Source: Myxococcota bacterium
GTDB lineage: Bacteria; Myxococcota_A; Polyangia; Nannocystales; Nannocystaceae
Direction: 5' to 3'
DNA: 64,000 nt
Assembly (NCBI GenBank): GCA_039028615.1
Contig: JBCCHT010000010.1
Coordinates: 192,001 to 256,000, forward strand
A model generated the notes under the pieces. It made no database searches. It was not told the origin of the DNA and saw only the letters and a program-made list of their open reading frames with translations. A program made the position numbers and the translations under genes. Shown in pieces: positions 48,366 to 58,584 of this stretch; positions within the stretch are counted from its first letter, which is position 1, and every line of letters begins with the position of its first letter.

Positions 48366-49337
48366 ATGAGGCACAACGGATTCGAGCTTCACCACGAGAC
48401 GAGGCGAGCAACAGGCATGGCGCTGCACGGGAGCGTGGTCGCGCTGGCCCTGCTGAGTGCGTGCGCCGAGCCGGCGGGCGGCGACGAGACGAGCCCGGGC
48501 ACCACCACCACGCCACCGCCTGCGACCACGGGAGACACCACCGCCTCGATGCCGGCCGACGACAGCTCGGGGGGTGACCCCAAGCTCGACGTGCTGCCCG
48601 CCACCGACACGCCGAACATCACCGACGGCGGCGACGGCTGTGATCAAGACGTGGACATCGTGTTCGTGATGGACGTGTCGACGACCATGGGCCCCGTGCT
48701 CGACCAGCTGGCGACCGAGATCATCTTCGTCGATGAGGCGCTCGATGGCATGGACCTGCCGGGTGATCCGCACTACGGCTTGGTGGTGTTCGTGGACGAC
48801 GCGGCCCTGCTCAACGCGGGCGTGCCCTACGAGAGCGTGGCGCTGCTGCAGCAGGACTTCAACGAGTGGAGCGCGTTCACGGCCAGCAACCAGCAGGTGG
48901 GCGGCGGCAACCTCAATACCACCTGGCCCGAGAACAGCCTCGACGCCATCTACCTCGCGGCCACCGGGTTTCAGTGGCGTCCGGCCGAGACCACGCTGCG
49001 CCTGGTCATCCACACCACCGACGACACGTTCTGGGACGGCCCCACCACGCAAAACGGGGTGGAGATTCAGCGCGGCTACGCGGAGACGGTGGAGGCCCTG
49101 CAGGCGCGGCAGATCCGGGATTTCTCGTTCGCGGCCACGCTGGGCGGGCAGTGCGAGTGCGAGAACGTCACCCCCGGGTGGTCGACGCCCTATATGGACA
49201 TGGCGCCGATTCCCGAGGCGACCGCGGGCGGGGTCTTCGACATCGACGAAGTCCTGGCCGGGATTACCTCGTTGGCCGACGCCCTCGAGAACGCGGTCGA
49301 GACGACGATGTGCGAGCCCTACCCGCCCGTGGGGTGA
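48366..49337 (+). CDS. von Willebrand factor A domain lipoprotein
   Basis: Lipobox LSAC; DIVFVMDVSTTM (MIDAS-like), PENSLDAI, WRP..RLVIHTTD. Start 48366 or 48417. Confidence 0.82.
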   Translation: MRHNGFELHHETRRATGMALHGSVVALALLSACAEPAGGDETSPGTTTTPPPATTGDTTASMPADDSSGGDPKLDVLPATDTPNITDGGDGCDQDVDIVFVMDVSTTMGPVLDQLATEIIFVDEALDGMDLPGDPHYGLVVFVDDAALLNAGVPYESVALLQQDFNEWSAFTASNQQVGGGNLNTTWPENSLDAIYLAATGFQWRPAETTLRLVIHTTDDTFWDGPTTQNGVEIQRGYAETVEALQARQIRDFSFAATLGGQCECENVTPGWSTPYMDMAPIPEATAGGVFDIDEVLAGITSLADALENAVETTMCEPYPPVG

Positions 49338-49365
49338 GCCCGACGCGGCGTGGCGTGCCGCAGGA

Positions 49366-49545
49366 TCAGTTCTTGGCTTGGTCGCGGAGGAGGCAGCACT
49401 TTTTGTACTTGTTGTTGCTCCCACACCAGCAGGGGTCGTTGCGACCCGGGCGAGCATCCGCGTGGGCCGGTGCGGCGAAAACCTCGCTGCCGTGACAGCA
49501 GCCGCGTTGGCATTGGTCGTGTCCGTCGCTGTCTTGGGCACTCAT
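49366..49545 (-). CDS. Small SEC-C (zinc-binding) motif protein
   Basis: [18 protein letters not shown] plus N-terminal [10 protein letters not shown]. Confidence 0.8.
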   Translation of the reverse strand: MSAQDSDGHDQCQRGCCHGSEVFAAPAHADARPGRNDPCWCGSNNKYKKCCLLRDQAKN

Positions 49546-49579
49546 GAACGAAGCCATACCACGGGGCGCAGGCGACCGG

Positions 49580-50455
49580 TCAAGCTCGGCGGCTTCGTTC
49601 CTCCTCGATGGAGCGTTTTCCCGCGTCCGAGGGAGCCTTCAACGTGAATTGGTTCATGCGGTATCCGCCGCCCATGGACCGGAGGAGACTTCGGGGGGTG
49701 AGGCCGAAGATCAGCCGTAGCGGCCAGGGCATGTCCTTGCGGATGTCGGGCGCCACGTCGGCGAACGAGACGGATTGATCGAGCACCAGGCCCCACGACT
49801 GCAGGGCGGCCGGGTCGTCGCAGGCCCAGCGGAACCAGCTGTCCTTCGACATGACCTTCATCAGCGCGTTTTTGCCCTGTAGCTGGACGGCCTTGGTGGG
49901 GGTGGTGTCCATGACCAACCACGCGCCCGGGAATCGCGTCGCGATCGCCTGCATCGCTCGCTGCACGTCGGGGCTGTCGAGGTAGATCACCACGGCCTCG
50001 GAGACGAAGCAGTAGGGCCCGGGGAGCTCGGCCACCGCGTCGAGCCAGTCGCTGTCCAGCACGCTCCCCGCGTGCATCGTTCGACGCTCGTGATCCTCGA
50101 AGAACCGCCTTCGTAGCGTCATGCTGTCGGGCAGATCGAGTTCGAACCACTGCGCTTGTCCGTTGTCCAGGCGTTCGAAGCGGGTATTGAGCCCCGCGCC
50201 GATCTCCACGATGGTGCCGCGAGGATGGGCGGCCAAGAAGCGGCGGACCTGGCCGTCGAAGATGCGGGCCCGGATACACACGCCGCGAGCCGAGGAACCC
50301 CACTTGGAGAAGTCGTAGTCGAGCGACTCGACGATCTCCACCGCCTTGGGATCGGAGAGCAGTCGCCCGCCCTTCTTCGTCTCCATGGCGCGGCCGAGCA
50401 ACGGGATCAGCAGCGTCTCTTGAGTGGGTCCGAGTTCCACTTCGATTTCATTCAT
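49580..50455 (-). CDS. Class I SAM-dependent methyltransferase (LCM/TcmP-like O-methyltransferase)
   Basis: [55 protein letters not shown]. Confidence 0.9.
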   Translation of the reverse strand: MNEIEVELGPTQETLLIPLLGRAMETKKGGRLLSDPKAVEIVESLDYDFSKWGSSARGVCIRARIFDGQVRRFLAAHPRGTIVEIGAGLNTRFERLDNGQAQWFELDLPDSMTLRRRFFEDHERRTMHAGSVLDSDWLDAVAELPGPYCFVSEAVVIYLDSPDVQRAMQAIATRFPGAWLVMDTTPTKAVQLQGKNALMKVMSKDSWFRWACDDPAALQSWGLVLDQSVSFADVAPDIRKDMPWPLRLIFGLTPRSLLRSMGGGYRMNQFTLKAPSDAGKRSIEEERSRRA

Positions 50456-53400
50456 GATCGTCCTCGGGGGGCTGGCCCGACCAAACGTTGTCGTCGATGG
50501 AACGCTCGAACGAGGGCCAGTCGTCGAGCACGACCGCGGCCTCGCGATCCAAGGTCGAGCCGCTCGAGACCTTCTCGAGCGTGCCCGAGCGTCGCACGAT
50601 GAACCGAGAGGAAGGGCCTTCGACGGTCCAGCCGCCGTTCGCCCAGCGCCAGCGTTGGCCCACGACCTTGGATTCGGGCTCGACGGAGAGGTCGGAGGCG
50701 AGCGGGGGGCCGAGCAGCGTCAGGGCGGGCTCGATGCTCGAGATGCGCTCGAATGCGTCATGAACCGTGGCTCCGTCGGCAACCGCGGAGACGAACGCAT
50801 TCAGGTCGCGCGCGGCCACATCGAATCCGACCTGGTGAGTCCAGGCCATGACGGCGGCGGGGGCGTACTGCTCGACCCACTCGGCGTCACCATCGGCCGC
50901 GAGTCCTTCGACGGGGGCAACCAGCGCGCCCAGGGCATTGGTGATGTCGTCGGCGCGGCGCGCCATCAGCGACTGCCACGCTTCTTCGCCCTCGGCTCGA
51001 CGCACGCAGCGTAGGGCCAACGCGCCGGAGACCCCGTGCACGACCCAGCGTGAGCCGAGCTGTCGTCGTAGCCGAGCCTCGTCGACCAGCGCGGCCCCGG
51101 CGATCGTCTGCGCGATGACGAAGCGCCGATTGGAGCGCCCGTAGCCTTCGGCTCCGACGTCCCAACCGCGGTCCTCGGGGAGCCATAGCAGGCCGCCCGC
51201 GAGCGCGGGGTCGTGGCCGCGAGGTGCCTGCAGCACGGTGTGGACCGGGTTGCCCAGCCCCGCGATCTCTGCGAGGCATCGCTGCATCTGGTCGAGGTCT
51301 TCGAGGAACTCGCTCGCCGTCGCCCCGTGGCTGCGCCCGTGCCAGATCTCGACCCCGCCGTCCGTGGTGTGCTCCGGGGGCTCGGTCCGCCACGCGATGG
51401 CGAAGTCGAGTGCACCGTCTCGTTCGCCCGAGGAGTGGGTGGTCCATCCGGGAGGCGTTTCGAAGGCCAGGGTCCAGGTGCCCGCGGGGGCGGCTCCGAT
51501 GGGCGAGACGGCCGCTTGCGGCTCGATGAAGGGAGCGCGGGCGGGAAGCTGGTGCGCCGTGCGGTCCCGGGGGGCTCGGAGCCGACGGTCGGGGTCGACG
51601 CCCAGGCGCGGCAGGACATCCTGCGCCCGAACCCAGGCCCCCGTGGCGTGGACCCACGGGGCGGTTTCGTCCGCAGGCCAACCCCGCCAGGTCGCCACGA
51701 TCTGCAGCTCCACCGTGCAGCCCGCGTCGGCGCACGCACCGAGGGGCAGCGCGGCGTGCCCGAGCGAAGTGTCGGGCTGGGCCTCGGCGCCATCCACCGT
51801 GGCGCGTTCGATCTCCACGCCCTCGGGGAGCTCCATGTGCAGCGACCCCGGCTCGGCTCGGACGCCGTCGATCCTCCACACCGAGCGCACGGTGCCTCGC
51901 TCCGGATCGAGTGACACCGACAGATGCCCGCCGTCGAGCCAGAAGCGGCTCGCATGGGGCAGCCACCGTGTCTCCCAGGCTGCGTCCTCGTCCAGCTCGT
52001 GGGCGTGCTCGACGTAGCGGCCGCTGTCGATGAACTGTTGCTGCAGCACGAAGAGCAGGGCGGTGACCGAGAGCGTGGCGGCGCCGATGGCCGCGCCCGC
52101 GGGCCCGCGCAGGCGTGACCACGCCAGCCGTAGTCGCTCGAGGCCAGCCACCACGGTGCGGCGCGGCCAGCCCAACAGCGCGAGGGCGACCGCGAGCGCG
52201 AAGATGGAGACCTTCAGCGCGGCCATCGTGGTGAGCATCGGCAGCCACGGGCCCCACCCCACCAGTTCGCTGAAGCCCACTGGAGCGGGGACGCCCAGCT
52301 TGCCCGGCGGGTAGACGACGAGCGACAGCTCCTGGTTGAGGACCATGATGAACGCGGCCACCATCGTGAGCGCGTGGGCGAGGCCGGGACGACGGATCCA
52401 GGCGTGCACGAGGATGGTCACGCCGCTCAACTCGAGCAACGCGGGTGCAAAGGACAACAACCCGTAGGTGAGGGGAAGCGTCAGCGAGACGCTGTCGCTG
52501 GCGAACAACGCGGTCGCGATGCACCCGGACACGACGGGGATCATCGCCAGGCCGAAGGTGAGGGCGGCCGCCGCCAGGGCTCGGCCTCCCAGGCGAGCCC
52601 ACAACGGAGCCGGCGTCGCGCCGACGATCTCGTCGAAGCCCGGTTGGTGATCGCGGCGCATCATCGTTCCGACGAAGCCCGCGATCACGAACACCATCAC
52701 GAGGTAGACGAAGTCGGCCAAGACGGCGGTCAGCAGCTCGGGGCGCGGGACCAGGGGGCCGCGGGCATGGGCGACCACATGCACCACCGTGCCCGTCACG
52801 CCCATCACGAGCAGCAGGCCGGCGGCGATCCGTAGACCCCACGTGCGAAGGATCTGGCCCGTGTGCCAGGCGGCTTCGGCCCACAGCACGCGGATCCACC
52901 ACGGGCTGGACGGGGGCCCCACGGGGGCGGTGTTCGTCGTCGAGGGGGGACGGGAGGTCCGGTGGTCATCCGCCGCTCCGGCGCGCGTGGCCGCTCCGAG
53001 CACCAGCCGCTCGCGATGCAAGCGGGCGATCTGCCACAGCAGGGCCAGCAGCGGCACTGCGCACCACAAGACCCGGTTGGCGAGTAGCTCGGGCGTAAAT
53101 GCGATGGACCCGGTCATCTTCTCGACCGGTGTCCATGCGTTCGCCTGCGCTTCGACCTCTCCGTAGGCGATGGGGTCGAGCAGAGTCGCGGTGCTGGGGT
53201 CGATCTCTCCGCTGCGGAGAATCACCATGCTCACCATCCACACCAGCATGAGCATCGCCGCGACGCCGAAGGGCCCCGAAGCGTTGCGGGTGCGGATGGC
53301 AGCGAGGACGTAGAGCGCACCCATGCCCACGGCCGAGGGCAGGCACAGCGTGAGCCAGGCGTGCATCATGGCCGCGAGCGGAATGGGTCCCGTCGAGCCC

Positions 53401-53825
53401 GCGGGCAGCATGCCGACGGCCTCCATGGGGCCCACGAACACAAAGCCGACGGTGCTGACCAGCCCCAGCGTCGACGCGACCACCACGACGCCGAGGTAGC
53501 GGCCGAGCAGGAGCGAGGGCAGATGGACCGGCGCGGCCAGGACGAGCTCGTCGAGCTTGGCCTCTCGGTCGCGGCTGATGACCCGCGAAAAGAGCCACGC
53601 CCACGCGAAGAGCAGCCAAAACCCTTGCCCGGCGGTCATGAGGTAGACCAGGTGGGGGCTGTTGCGAGTGATGTCGGCCGCGCCCATCTCCTGCATGTAC
53701 TGGGCGTTGCTCAGCACCAACAGGAGGTAGCCCGTCATGCCGGCCGCCAAGAGAGGAACGAGCGGGCTGCGTAGCGCGACGCGCAGCTCGTGGAGCGCCT
53801 CGCCGAAGATGGTCGCGGGATTCAT
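50448..53825 (-). CDS. ABC-2-type permease fused to a degenerate M1 aminopeptidase-like domain
   Basis: Two TM bundles (SRDRE..LDELV, LLGRYLG, LLANRVLW), then a soluble domain aligning to ABC-M1 fusions but with AQTIA at the HExxH position. Confidence 0.78.
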   Translation of the reverse strand: MNPATIFGEALHELRVALRSPLVPLLAAGMTGYLLLVLSNAQYMQEMGAADITRNSPHLVYLMTAGQGFWLLFAWAWLFSRVISRDREAKLDELVLAAPVHLPSLLLGRYLGVVVVASTLGLVSTVGFVFVGPMEAVGMLPAGSTGPIPLAAMMHAWLTLCLPSAVGMGALYVLAAIRTRNASGPFGVAAMLMLVWMVSMVILRSGEIDPSTATLLDPIAYGEVEAQANAWTPVEKMTGSIAFTPELLANRVLWCAVPLLALLWQIARLHRERLVLGAATRAGAADDHRTSRPPSTTNTAPVGPPSSPWWIRVLWAEAAWHTGQILRTWGLRIAAGLLLVMGVTGTVVHVVAHARGPLVPRPELLTAVLADFVYLVMVFVIAGFVGTMMRRDHQPGFDEIVGATPAPLWARLGGRALAAAALTFGLAMIPVVSGCIATALFASDSVSLTLPLTYGLLSFAPALLELSGVTILVHAWIRRPGLAHALTMVAAFIMVLNQELSLVVYPPGKLGVPAPVGFSELVGWGPWLPMLTTMAALKVSIFALAVALALLGWPRRTVVAGLERLRLAWSRLRGPAGAAIGAATLSVTALLFVLQQQFIDSGRYVEHAHELDEDAAWETRWLPHASRFWLDGGHLSVSLDPERGTVRSVWRIDGVRAEPGSLHMELPEGVEIERATVDGAEAQPDTSLGHAALPLGACADAGCTVELQIVATWRGWPADETAPWVHATGAWVRAQDVLPRLGVDPDRRLRAPRDRTAHQLPARAPFIEPQAAVSPIGAAPAGTWTLAFETPPGWTTHSSGERDGALDFAIAWRTEPPEHTTDGGVEIWHGRSHGATASEFLEDLDQMQRCLAEIAGLGNPVHTVLQAPRGHDPALAGGLLWLPEDRGWDVGAEGYGRSNRRFVIAQTIAGAALVDEARLRRQLGSRWVVHGVSGALALRCVRRAEGEEAWQSLMARRADDITNALGALVAPVEGLAADGDAEWVEQYAPAAVMAWTHQVGFDVAARDLNAFVSAVADGATVHDAFERISSIEPALTLLGPPLASDLSVEPESKVVGQRWRWANGGWTVEGPSSRFIVRRSGTLEKVSSGSTLDREAAVVLDDWPSFERSIDDNVWSGQPPEDDHE

Positions 53826-54694
53826 GCCGCCTGCTCGCTCTGTAGCGCGTGGTAGTAGACGTCTTCGAGCCGCGGGGCGTGGGCCTCGAACGAAGAATCG
53901 GGGCATGCGGGGGCGTGCACGACCACCCGCGTTCCGCCGGGCGCGGCCGTCATCCGCAGGACGTCCTCGGGGAGGTCGCCTTGCCGCGGGATCACGGTGG
54001 TCCACAGCTGGCCCCGGAGTGGAGCCCGAAGCTCCTCGGGCGTACCTTCAGCGACGATCGTTCCCTGATCCATGACGGACAGGCGGCTACACAGGTTCTC
54101 GACGTCCTCGACGATGTGGGTCGAGAGCAACACGACCGCGTCCGCGGCGACGTCGGCCAGCACGCGGTGGAATCGATTTCTCTCCGCGGGATCGAGGCCG
54201 GCCGTCGGCTCGTCGACCACGAGCAAGCGCGGCTGGCCGAGCAACGCCAGCGCGATGCCGAAGCGCCGGAGCATGCCGCCCGAGTAGGTGCTCACCTGCC
54301 GACCCGCGGCCTCGCTCAGGTTGACCTGCTCGAGGAGGCGGTCCGCCTCTCGATCGCGCTCGGCTCGATCGGTGCGGCCCTTGAGCGCGGCGAAGCGCCG
54401 CAGCAGCGAGCGCCCCGTGACCCCGGGATACGCCCCGATCTGCTGCGGGAGGTAGCCCAGGCGTCGACGCAGGCCGTCGGGATCGGTGGAACCGTCGATG
54501 CCGTCGAGCGAGAAGGTCCCGGCATCGGGTTTTTGCAGGGTCGCCAGCGTCCGCATGAGCGTGCTTTTCCCCGCGCCGTTGGGGCCGAGCAGCCCGTACA
54601 TGCCGCTCGGCACGTGCAGATCGACCCCTGCGAGGGCTCGTACGCCCCCTGAATAGGTTTTTGTCAGTCCTTCGACCCGAAGTCCGGCTGTCAT
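53822..54694 (-). CDS. ABC transporter ATP-binding protein
   Basis: GPNGAGKST, GYLPQ, YSGGM, VVDEPTAGLDP, STHIVEDV; ATGA overlap with the permease. Confidence 0.96.
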   Translation of the reverse strand: MTAGLRVEGLTKTYSGGVRALAGVDLHVPSGMYGLLGPNGAGKSTLMRTLATLQKPDAGTFSLDGIDGSTDPDGLRRRLGYLPQQIGAYPGVTGRSLLRRFAALKGRTDRAERDREADRLLEQVNLSEAAGRQVSTYSGGMLRRFGIALALLGQPRLLVVDEPTAGLDPAERNRFHRVLADVAADAVVLLSTHIVEDVENLCSRLSVMDQGTIVAEGTPEELRAPLRGQLWTTVIPRQGDLPEDVLRMTAAPGGTRVVVHAPACPDSSFEAHAPRLEDVYYHALQSEQAA

Positions 54695-54720
54695 CGTCCC
54701 ACCTGCAGTTGATTTGCATA

Positions 54721-54744
54721 TTCATTTAGCACTTGGTAAATGAA
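54721..54744. promoter_or_regulatory. TetR-type operator
   Basis: TTCATTTA-N8-TAAATGAA inverted repeat in the AT-rich 90-bp divergent spacer. Confidence 0.75.
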
Positions 54745-54784
54745 CTGACAAGGAAACTTCTCCGACGCACACTGGGCCTGCTGC

Positions 54785-55459
54785 ATGCCCGTGCACTCAC
54801 CCCGTGCCGACGCGACGCGCCGAAGAATCTTGGAGGCCGCGCTGAACTGCTTCGCGCAAGGGGGGTTTCACGGAACGTCCACGCGCACAATCGCGAAGGC
54901 GGCGAACGTCACCTCGCCTCTGCTCCAACATTATTTCGGCGGTAAGGCGGCGCTCTTCGAAGCGGTGCTCGTCGAGATCATCGAGGACTACCAGCGCGCC
55001 CAGGCCCGACAGTTCGAGCGCCCCGACGACGATCTTCGATTCTTCACCGATGGCCTCCGGGTGATGTTTCGCTGGCTCGGCGCGCATCCACGAGAAGTGC
55101 GACTGATGAACTGGGCCCGATTGCAGGGATGGGTCATCGTGCCCGACTCCGCCGCCGAGCTGAACGCGTTGGTCCAGCACCGCTTCGAAGCGGCGCAACG
55201 CCACGGCTTGGTCCGCACCGACGTCGACGTCTTCGTCGCCCTGACGATGATCGACGCGATGTTCAAGGGGTACTGGTCGCAGCGAGCGGGCTATGAACAC
55301 GACCCCGAGCTGGAGCCCGAGCACGGTCCGCCCGAAGACGCGATGGGCCCCGAGTCGTTTCTCGCCCAGTGCTTGCGGGTGCTCCTCGATGGCTTGCTGA
55401 CGCCTTCGGCGGCGGAGCGAGCCCGCGTGCTCCTCGAGCGGGAACCCGAGCCGAGCTGA
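54785..55459 (+). CDS. TetR/AcrR-family transcriptional regulator
   Basis: TRRRILEAALNCFAQGGFHGTSTRTIAKAANVTSPLLQHYFGGKAALF. Confidence 0.95.
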   Translation: MPVHSPRADATRRRILEAALNCFAQGGFHGTSTRTIAKAANVTSPLLQHYFGGKAALFEAVLVEIIEDYQRAQARQFERPDDDLRFFTDGLRVMFRWLGAHPREVRLMNWARLQGWVIVPDSAAELNALVQHRFEAAQRHGLVRTDVDVFVALTMIDAMFKGYWSQRAGYEHDPELEPEHGPPEDAMGPESFLAQCLRVLLDGLLTPSAAERARVLLEREPEPS

Positions 55460-55483
55460 AGCCGGCCCGGTGCACGCCGTGCC

Positions 55484-57700
55484 TCACTCGACCCAGGCGC
55501 GGGTCTCGGCGTCCCAGACTCGCCAGGTGCCGTCGAAGTCCCGATACATGTCGCGGGAGCGGGGCAGGACTCGGAACCGCTCGGTGCTGAAGGCACTGGC
55601 CACGTTGGGGTCGTCGTAGCGCTCGGACTCGACGACGCTCTCGTCGGCCAAGTGCATCTCGACCACGAGCTGTTCACCGCTGGCCTCGACGACGCAGAAG
55701 CCGTGCTGCCCCGTGTCGGCGAAGCCCATCTGCGGGTTGGCGCCGGCCTGGAGCAGATCGGAGATGCCCAGCGCGAAGGCGTCGATGCCGGGCACCGAGG
55801 CCAGGCTGGGAGTGTTCTCGACCTGTCGCACCAGCAAGGACTGGTACGGGGTGGAGCTCACCGAGCCGGTCACGAACTCCACGATGCGGTTGCCATCGAT
55901 CTCGCGTGGCCAGGCGAAGGGCGTGCACGCGTAGAAGGAGTGGATGTCCCCGGTGACGGCGACGACGTTGTCGACGCTGGCGAGCGCATCGATGAGCAAG
56001 GCCCGGTTGTTCGGGAAGCCGTTCCAGTCCTCGGCCGTCATCTGGAACTGGTGCCGGAACGACTCGGGGAGGAACGAGCCGGTCAGGTCGATGTCGAGCG
56101 GGGTCAGGCAGAACTCGTTGCCCCAGATCTTCCAGGTGCGGGTCGAGCCCTGCATGGTGTCGAGGAACCATTGCTGCTGCTCGAGCCCCATGACCGCTTG
56201 CGCGGCCGGGTCGCCCTGGGCGTCGAGCCAGTTGGCGTAGGCCAAAAAGGGCGGCTGGATCACGAGATAGCGTGCCCCCAGGTTGCCGTAGAGGCCGCTC
56301 TTGAACATCTGGTGGAACGCGATGCCGCGGGGCAGCATGGCGAGCTCTTCTTTGGGGATCGGGGGCAGCATGGACCCCGACTCTTCGATCATCTCGTTGA
56401 TGTACAGCGCGCTGACGTTGCCCTCGATGCGCTCGGGGTCGTAGTCCTCGGCGGCGGCGATGTCCCGCAGCATGGTCCGATAGACGCCATCGGCGTGGTT
56501 GTTCACGTCGACGTAGGGGACACCGAGGCTGTCGTCGTCGGCGACCTCGGCCAGCCCCGCCGAGTCGACGACCACCGCTCCAGGGTACGCGTCCTCGGGC
56601 ACGAGGTGGTCGGGCCGATAGCTCCGCAGGTCGGTCATGACCAGGTGCACGTGCTGCCCGTACTCGATGTCGCGGTAGATGCGAATGTCGTCGGGGGGCG
56701 CGACGGAGGGGTCGTACACGAAGTCGGGGTCGGGGTAGTCGACCGGCATGTACTCGAACCACGCCTGGTCGGCCGCAGCCTTGCGCTCGGGGTCGAACTC
56801 GTCTTGCTGCCCGTCGTAGTAGGTGCCGGTCGAGCCGTGGCTGTCGTCGGAGAACTCGTGGTCGTCCCAGATCGCGACCATGGCCATCCGCTCGTGCACC
56901 GCCTGGAGGGCGGCATCGGTACGCACGGTACGGTACAGCTGGCGGTAGTTGTCGAGGGAGCGGGCGGCAAAGAAGGGCGTGCCTCCGTTGTCGACCATCA
57001 GCGCACCCTCTTCGTCGTCGAACTCGATGAAGCGGTCGCTCTCGCCCTTTTGGAAGGTCTCGTCGCCGGCCGTCTCGTAGATGTAGTCGCCCAGGTGGAC
57101 GAAGAAGTCGAGCGGCTGCTGGAGCATGGCCGCGTAGGTGTTGTAGTAGCGGCCGCCGTAGTCCTGGCAGCTGACGAAGGCGAAGCGCACGGGGACGTCG
57201 GCACCGTCGTCGGGGGCGGTCTTGGTCACGGCGGTGCGGCTGGCGTAGCCGGTCTCGCCTTGGATGTAGATGAAGCGGTAGCTGTACTCGGTGCCCGGCT
57301 GCAGGCCTTCGGCCTTGATCTTCACGCAGTGATCGAAGGTCAGCTCGGAGGTCACCGTGACGACGGTGGGCATGGCCGCCGCGTCCTCGCCTTCGGTCTC
57401 CCAGATCTCGAGCGCGACCTCGTAGTCCTCGTCGGGGAGGTCCGGGTCGGCGACGCGGCCCCACAACACGACGCTGGACGCCCGCGGATCGCCCGAGGCC
57501 ACCGACTGCGGGAAGAACTCCGGTCCATCGACGACCTCGTAGGCCGCCTCGCCCGAGGTCCCCGAGCCTTCACTCCCGGTGTCGTCTACACTCCCCGTGC
57601 TGCCGCCACTCCCTCCACCGCCGTCGCCACGGCAGCCGGACGAGCCCAGCAGGTTGGTGAAAACTAGACTACCCAGCGCAAAGAAAGACCGACGTTTCAT
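55484..57700 (-). CDS. phoD: PhoD-family alkaline phosphatase, Tat-exported lipoprotein
   Basis: KRRSFF twin-Arg and SSGC; FPQSVASGDP, FVSCQ, HLGDYIYE, IWDDHEF, DLRSYR, EDWNGF, TGDIHS. Confidence 0.92.
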   Translation of the reverse strand: MKRRSFFALGSLVFTNLLGSSGCRGDGGGGSGGSTGSVDDTGSEGSGTSGEAAYEVVDGPEFFPQSVASGDPRASSVVLWGRVADPDLPDEDYEVALEIWETEGEDAAAMPTVVTVTSELTFDHCVKIKAEGLQPGTEYSYRFIYIQGETGYASRTAVTKTAPDDGADVPVRFAFVSCQDYGGRYYNTYAAMLQQPLDFFVHLGDYIYETAGDETFQKGESDRFIEFDDEEGALMVDNGGTPFFAARSLDNYRQLYRTVRTDAALQAVHERMAMVAIWDDHEFSDDSHGSTGTYYDGQQDEFDPERKAAADQAWFEYMPVDYPDPDFVYDPSVAPPDDIRIYRDIEYGQHVHLVMTDLRSYRPDHLVPEDAYPGAVVVDSAGLAEVADDDSLGVPYVDVNNHADGVYRTMLRDIAAAEDYDPERIEGNVSALYINEMIEESGSMLPPIPKEELAMLPRGIAFHQMFKSGLYGNLGARYLVIQPPFLAYANWLDAQGDPAAQAVMGLEQQQWFLDTMQGSTRTWKIWGNEFCLTPLDIDLTGSFLPESFRHQFQMTAEDWNGFPNNRALLIDALASVDNVVAVTGDIHSFYACTPFAWPREIDGNRIVEFVTGSVSSTPYQSLLVRQVENTPSLASVPGIDAFALGISDLLQAGANPQMGFADTGQHGFCVVEASGEQLVVEMHLADESVVESERYDDPNVASAFSTERFRVLPRSRDMYRDFDGTWRVWDAETRAWVE

Positions 57701-57814
57701 GCCACGATGCTCGAGTCGAAGCATGCCGCGGCCGGCCAACGGGCGCTACCGGGCTCGTCCCCGTTTCGATGTGAGGGCGTCACGGCGTGCCAAACGCCGT
57801 GCACCCGGCCCCGG

Positions 57815-58282
57815 TCACGCCAAGGTCACGCGCACGTTGCCGGCGGGGTCGATCTGACCCTTGATGTCGGCCTGCACGTTGAGCGTGTGGCTGCAGTAGG
57901 GCGCGGTGGCCTTGCAGTCCGCGGGAATCTCGACGTCGATGGTCAGCGAGTGCTCTTGGCTGGGCTCGATGGTGTGACCGACCTCGACGCGCTTTTCGAG
58001 CACGGCATGGCGCACCCAACCCGCGGTGAGACCCTTGCGGTTGTCCAGCGCCTGCGCATCGCTCTCGCTCACCTGCGCGCCGTCTTCGTTGCGGACCCAG
58101 TGCCGATCGGCCTCGACGATGCGCACGTACAGCGCGTCGACGGTCGCCGTTCGAGTCCCGCCCACGATGGTGATCGAGGCGGTGGTGGTTTCGCCTCGGG
58201 CGACGGCTTGCTCGGGCCCTTGCACCGTGACCCGTGCCCCCTCGGCCCCCAGGCTCTCGCGCATCTTTTCGGAAAAGCCCAT
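57815..58282 (-). CDS. Spo0M/arrestin-N-like protein
   Basis: MGFSEKMRESLGAEGARV...ITIVGG...ADIKGQIDP resembles Spo0M N-terminal and DIxxAxDP motifs; SD GGAG upstream. Confidence 0.6.
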   Translation of the reverse strand: MGFSEKMRESLGAEGARVTVQGPEQAVARGETTTASITIVGGTRTATVDALYVRIVEADRHWVRNEDGAQVSESDAQALDNRKGLTAGWVRHAVLEKRVEVGHTIEPSQEHSLTIDVEIPADCKATAPYCSHTLNVQADIKGQIDPAGNVRVTLA

Positions 58283-58584
58283 GTCGTGATCTCCTCGCGG
58301 GAGGCACGCTATCGCGGTCCTCCCCTTGGAGTGAAGTGGCCCCCTGCGGGACACATGAGCGGCGTGTAGGGTGGTCCTAGAGGGCCGGCCAGCGAGCCCG
58401 AGCGCGGGTTCACGCGATCGAGGTCGCGCGTTCGAATCGGGCATGGAGCATCGTTTCTCGCCGCGGCCGTCGATGGGGAGGGGGATCCCGCATGGAGCAA
58501 CGATGCGAGCGCGCGAGCGCTCGAGGACGAGGGCGGATCGCGCTCTTTGTTCGCGTCGCAAAAAACTCTGTATGCTCCGCGGCA

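Noticed and set aside
58420..58450. GGTCGCGCGTTCGAATCGGGC resembling a tRNA T-arm
   Set aside because: The T-stem has a mismatch and no matching acceptor, D or anticodon arms could be built.
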